Source of the DNA: Acidobacteriota bacterium
Lineage (GTDB): Bacteria; Acidobacteriota; UBA890; WLXD01
Assembly: GCA_963666055.2 (NCBI GenBank)
Contig: CAXWPH010000002.1
Span: 288,001-352,000 of the forward strand
DNA length: 64,000 nt
Reading direction: 5' to 3'
Translations under genes and position numbers: made by a program
The notes under the pieces: generated by a model
What the model was told of the DNA's origin: nothing
The model's input: the letters and a program-made list of their open reading frames with translations, nothing else
Database searches by the model: none
Part shown: piece after piece, positions 61,495 through 64,000 of the stretch
Layout of the letters: the number at the start of each line of letters is the position of its first letter
Numbering within the stretch: position 1 is the stretch's first letter

Positions 61495-61670
61495 TTAGGC
61501 CCTGGCGGCCTCAGCGACCAGACTTGCCACTGTACCGGCCAAATCGGTGCGGTTGTCGTCGTAAAGCTGGACCGTCTCGAGCATCGCGTGCCGTGAGTGA
61601 CGCTGGACGGCCCGCGCGTCGCCGCCCATCCTGTCGAGAGCAACCGTGATCGACGCATGCGCCCTTCGAG
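61495..61670 (-). pseudogene. XerC-like tyrosine recombinase C-terminal remnant
   Basis: HASITVALD..GDARAVQRHSRH..ETVQLYDDNR (box II with catalytic Tyr). Confidence 0.75.
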
Positions 61671-61877
61671 TAACTGAGAACCAGTCACCCATAAAGAAGG
61701 GGGCCGGACGGCCCAACATCCCAAGAAACAGCCGTCGGCCCCCAGCAACCCCTACGAGTGTACTGTCAAGTTAAGCTGATTCTTGCCCGCTTGGGCGCCT
61801 CGCCCAGACCGCAAAGGCCCGAATACCAGGGGTTTCCTGTCCTACGGGTCACGCGTTTCTTGCAGATTTCGAGTTAA

Positions 61878-63046
61878 GGAACCTCTGATCAATTCGGGTT
61901 CGATGGGATAATGCACGCGGATCCGATCACGCCGCCAGAGGGAGAAGGGAATGCGCCAGCAGACGCTTGCCGAAGGGTCCTTTGAGCAGTACCGGAAGGT
62001 GACCCGCCGGGAGCGGTTCCTGGCAGAGATGGATCAGGTGGTGCCGTGGGCCCAGCTGTGCGCTTTGATCGAGCCGGTGTATCCGAAGCCGAAGGGAGCG
62101 GGACGGCGCCCAGTCGGGCTGGAGAGGATGCTGCGCATCTACTTCATGCAGCAGTGGTTCAACCTGTCGGACCCGGGGGTGGAGGAGGCGCTGTACGACT
62201 CGCGGGCGATGCGTGCCTTCGTGGGGATCGATCTGGGACGGGAGCCGGCGCCGGACGAGACGACGGTGTGCAAGTTCCGGCACCTTCTGGAGACCCACGA
62301 GCTGGGCGTGCAGGTGTTCCACATCGTTGCCGAGCACCTGCAGGGGCGGGGGCTGAAGGTCAGCACGGGCACCATCGTCGACGCGACGATCATCACCGCC
62401 CCGTCATCGACCAAGAACAAGGCCAAGCAGCGGGATCCGGAGATGCGCTCGACCAAGAAGGGCAACCAATGGTACTTCGGGATGAAGGGACACTTCGGTG
62501 TGGACAGCAAATCCAAGCTCATTCACTCGGTCGTGGCCACCGCCGCCAATGTCCATGACAGCCAGGTGCTAGAGGATCTGCTGCATGGGCAGGAGACGCG
62601 GGTGTGGGGAGACAGCGCTTATACGGGCCGACGGGAGGTCATTGTCCGGTGTGCTCCCGGTGCCAAGGACTTCACCAACAAGAAAGGGCACCGTCACCGG
62701 CCACTGACCGAGCGAGACCGAGCTCGAAACCGCACCAAGTCGAAGGTGCGGGCCAAAGTCGAGCACCCGATGCTGGTGATCAAGCGCATCTTCGGCTTCA
62801 GAAAGGTCCGATACCGAGGGCTCCACAAGAACGCGCACCGGCTCTTCGTGACCTGCGCGTTGGCCAACCTATTCATGGCACGCAAGGTGCTGCTCGCGCA
62901 CACCTGAAACAGGCACCCTGAGAGGCCGCCGTCGCGGTTGAACCCGTCGGCAGCAGCTCGGAGGGCGACTGCATTCCCACCCTTATGCCGACCAGTTCCT
63001 CCAATCAGGCTCCATCCTGACTGACGGCCAATTGATCAGACCTTCC
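61878..63046 (+). mobile_element. IS5-family insertion sequence, intact, 1169 bp
   Basis: TIRs GGAACCTCTGATCAATT / AATTGATCAGACCTTCC (15/17) with TTAA target duplication (61874-61877, 63047-63050). Confidence 0.96.
61951..62907 (+). CDS. IS5-family DDE transposase
   Basis: TRRERFLAEM, QQWFNLSDP, IVDATII, WYFGMKGH.GVD, WGDSAY, RAKVEHP motifs. Confidence 0.97.
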   Translation: MRQQTLAEGSFEQYRKVTRRERFLAEMDQVVPWAQLCALIEPVYPKPKGAGRRPVGLERMLRIYFMQQWFNLSDPGVEEALYDSRAMRAFVGIDLGREPAPDETTVCKFRHLLETHELGVQVFHIVAEHLQGRGLKVSTGTIVDATIITAPSSTKNKAKQRDPEMRSTKKGNQWYFGMKGHFGVDSKSKLIHSVVATAANVHDSQVLEDLLHGQETRVWGDSAYTGRREVIVRCAPGAKDFTNKKGHRHRPLTERDRARNRTKSKVRAKVEHPMLVIKRIFGFRKVRYRGLHKNAHRLFVTCALANLFMARKVLLAHT

Positions 63047-63156
63047 TTAACTTGACAGTGCCCCCCAGAGGCCAGACTGCGGAACAGGCCGGTGCGCTTG
63101 ATCACCGTCCGCCTCCTTGAATTGCTTCTCGGCAGCCACAGTGATGTCCTCCACGG

Positions 63157-63684
63157 CTACCTGCTGCGGGCCTTTGTTTTCTGCGCGGCGCGTGGCGGCG
63201 CAGGACTCATGTCGCCCTCGGCCAGCTCCGTCAAGACTTGGTAGACGGCTTCTTCCAGAACGAGCTCGATAGCCTCGACACCGTCGCGGCTCGCGCCCAG
63301 GACCCGGTTTGCAAGGATCGGCGGCCACGACAAGAGCTTCGTGCGCACCGCGGCGATATGGTCGCCCCACGTCTTCGCCACGTCCTCGACCTCGAGCAGC
63401 TCGCCGGCGCGGAGTCGATACTGCTGTTCCGCCAATAGCGCTTGCGCGTGTTCCTTCCGTGCCCGCTCGCGCGCCACGTCGACGAACTCGCCGGCACCGC
63501 TGGCAGAGTCGCGCGCCCGCTTCCACGCCAGGCACGGCTCGACCTCGAAATCGGTCGCTTGACCGCGCCCGCGTTTCCGGCTTGGCATTCCGTCCGCTTC
63601 AAACTTGTAAGTCGTCCGCGGATTCACGTCGAGCGCCGCGGCGATTGCTTTGCGCGTGACCCAACCTCGCCGCCGCCGCGCCAT
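63157..63684 (-). CDS. Lambda gpNu1-like terminase small subunit
   Basis: N-terminal wHTH (RKAIAAALDVNPRT..GMP), ERARKEHAQA coiled coil, GELL, RTKLLSWP, VLTELA. Confidence 0.8.
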   Translation of the reverse strand: MARRRRGWVTRKAIAAALDVNPRTTYKFEADGMPSRKRGRGQATDFEVEPCLAWKRARDSASGAGEFVDVARERARKEHAQALLAEQQYRLRAGELLEVEDVAKTWGDHIAAVRTKLLSWPPILANRVLGASRDGVEAIELVLEEAVYQVLTELAEGDMSPAPPRAAQKTKARSR

Positions 63685-63954
63685 CTAGTCGTCGAGCCCC
63701 CACGATTTCAGCAGCGCGTCGATTTGCTTGATCGCCGCCCGCTCGGCTCCGATCGCCGGATGGTCGACGGTGTTGTTCTTTCCGTCCGTCACGATGAGCC
63801 CGTCGGCGTCGATGAGCTCGCGAGCGGCGCGCGCCGTTTTCATCTGTACCGCGAGCGCCTCCATAATCGCCGGCGGCGCGTCCTCGAAGAGCGTCGGTTC
63901 GACCTCGCGCCATATCTTCGCGCGCTTCGGCGACAGATGCGCCGGCGGCTCCAT
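63685..63954 (-). CDS. P27-family (HK97-like) terminase small subunit
   Basis: PPAHLS..KIWREV, IDADGLIV..G....HPAI, LKSWGL motifs. Confidence 0.82.
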   Translation of the reverse strand: MEPPAHLSPKRAKIWREVEPTLFEDAPPAIMEALAVQMKTARAARELIDADGLIVTDGKNNTVDHPAIGAERAAIKQIDALLKSWGLDD

Positions 63955-64000
63955 GTCTTGATCATCGCGCCCCTGGATGCTTGCTCACCGACACGGCTTC

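Larger units (their letters stand above)
61761..63060. mobile_element. ~127-bp MITE-like element interrupted by IS5
   Basis: Inverted ends TACTGTCAAGTTAA (61761) and TTAACTTGACAGTG (63047-63060). Confidence 0.6.

Overview
GC-rich bacterial DNA, most consistent with Acidobacteriota. That call is an inference from a VWFA-related protein, a carboxypeptidase-like-domain TonB receptor, and Ser/Thr kinase remnants of the 'PGTRLGxYEI' and 'NWFEELKRLVP' types. All product calls come from recognising motifs by eye; no searches were run. The left 39 kb is mostly housekeeping and envelope genes: a TonB receptor, a TolB-like protein plus M28 peptidase, a serine hydrolase, thiO-thiS-thiG-thiE with a HEAT-cyclophilin, a DegP-like protease, a ycaQ-like gene, rpiB, a kinase/FHA cluster, gdhA, two sulfatase-like genes, msrB and wecE-wecD. 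It also carries a decayed IS256 and a family of CTAG-anchored 271-bp palindromic elements and their scars. The right 25 kb is an accessory mosaic. (1) A tRNA-fMet 3' fragment lies beside a tyrosine integrase and excisionase. (2) A cluster of Tat-signal redox enzymes includes an unusual Rieske oxygenase. (3) Two exactly co-linear ~175-bp att-like modules share one arm but end in different RNA cores (tmRNA-like and tRNA-Leu-like) and bracket a single cargo gene. (4) An intact IS5 is nested in a MITE. (5) Two unrelated phage small-terminase genes lie in tandem with no large terminase visible. Many genes are frameshifted, internally deleted or fused to unrelated fragments, so assembly or amplification artefact must be excluded before trusting any junction.
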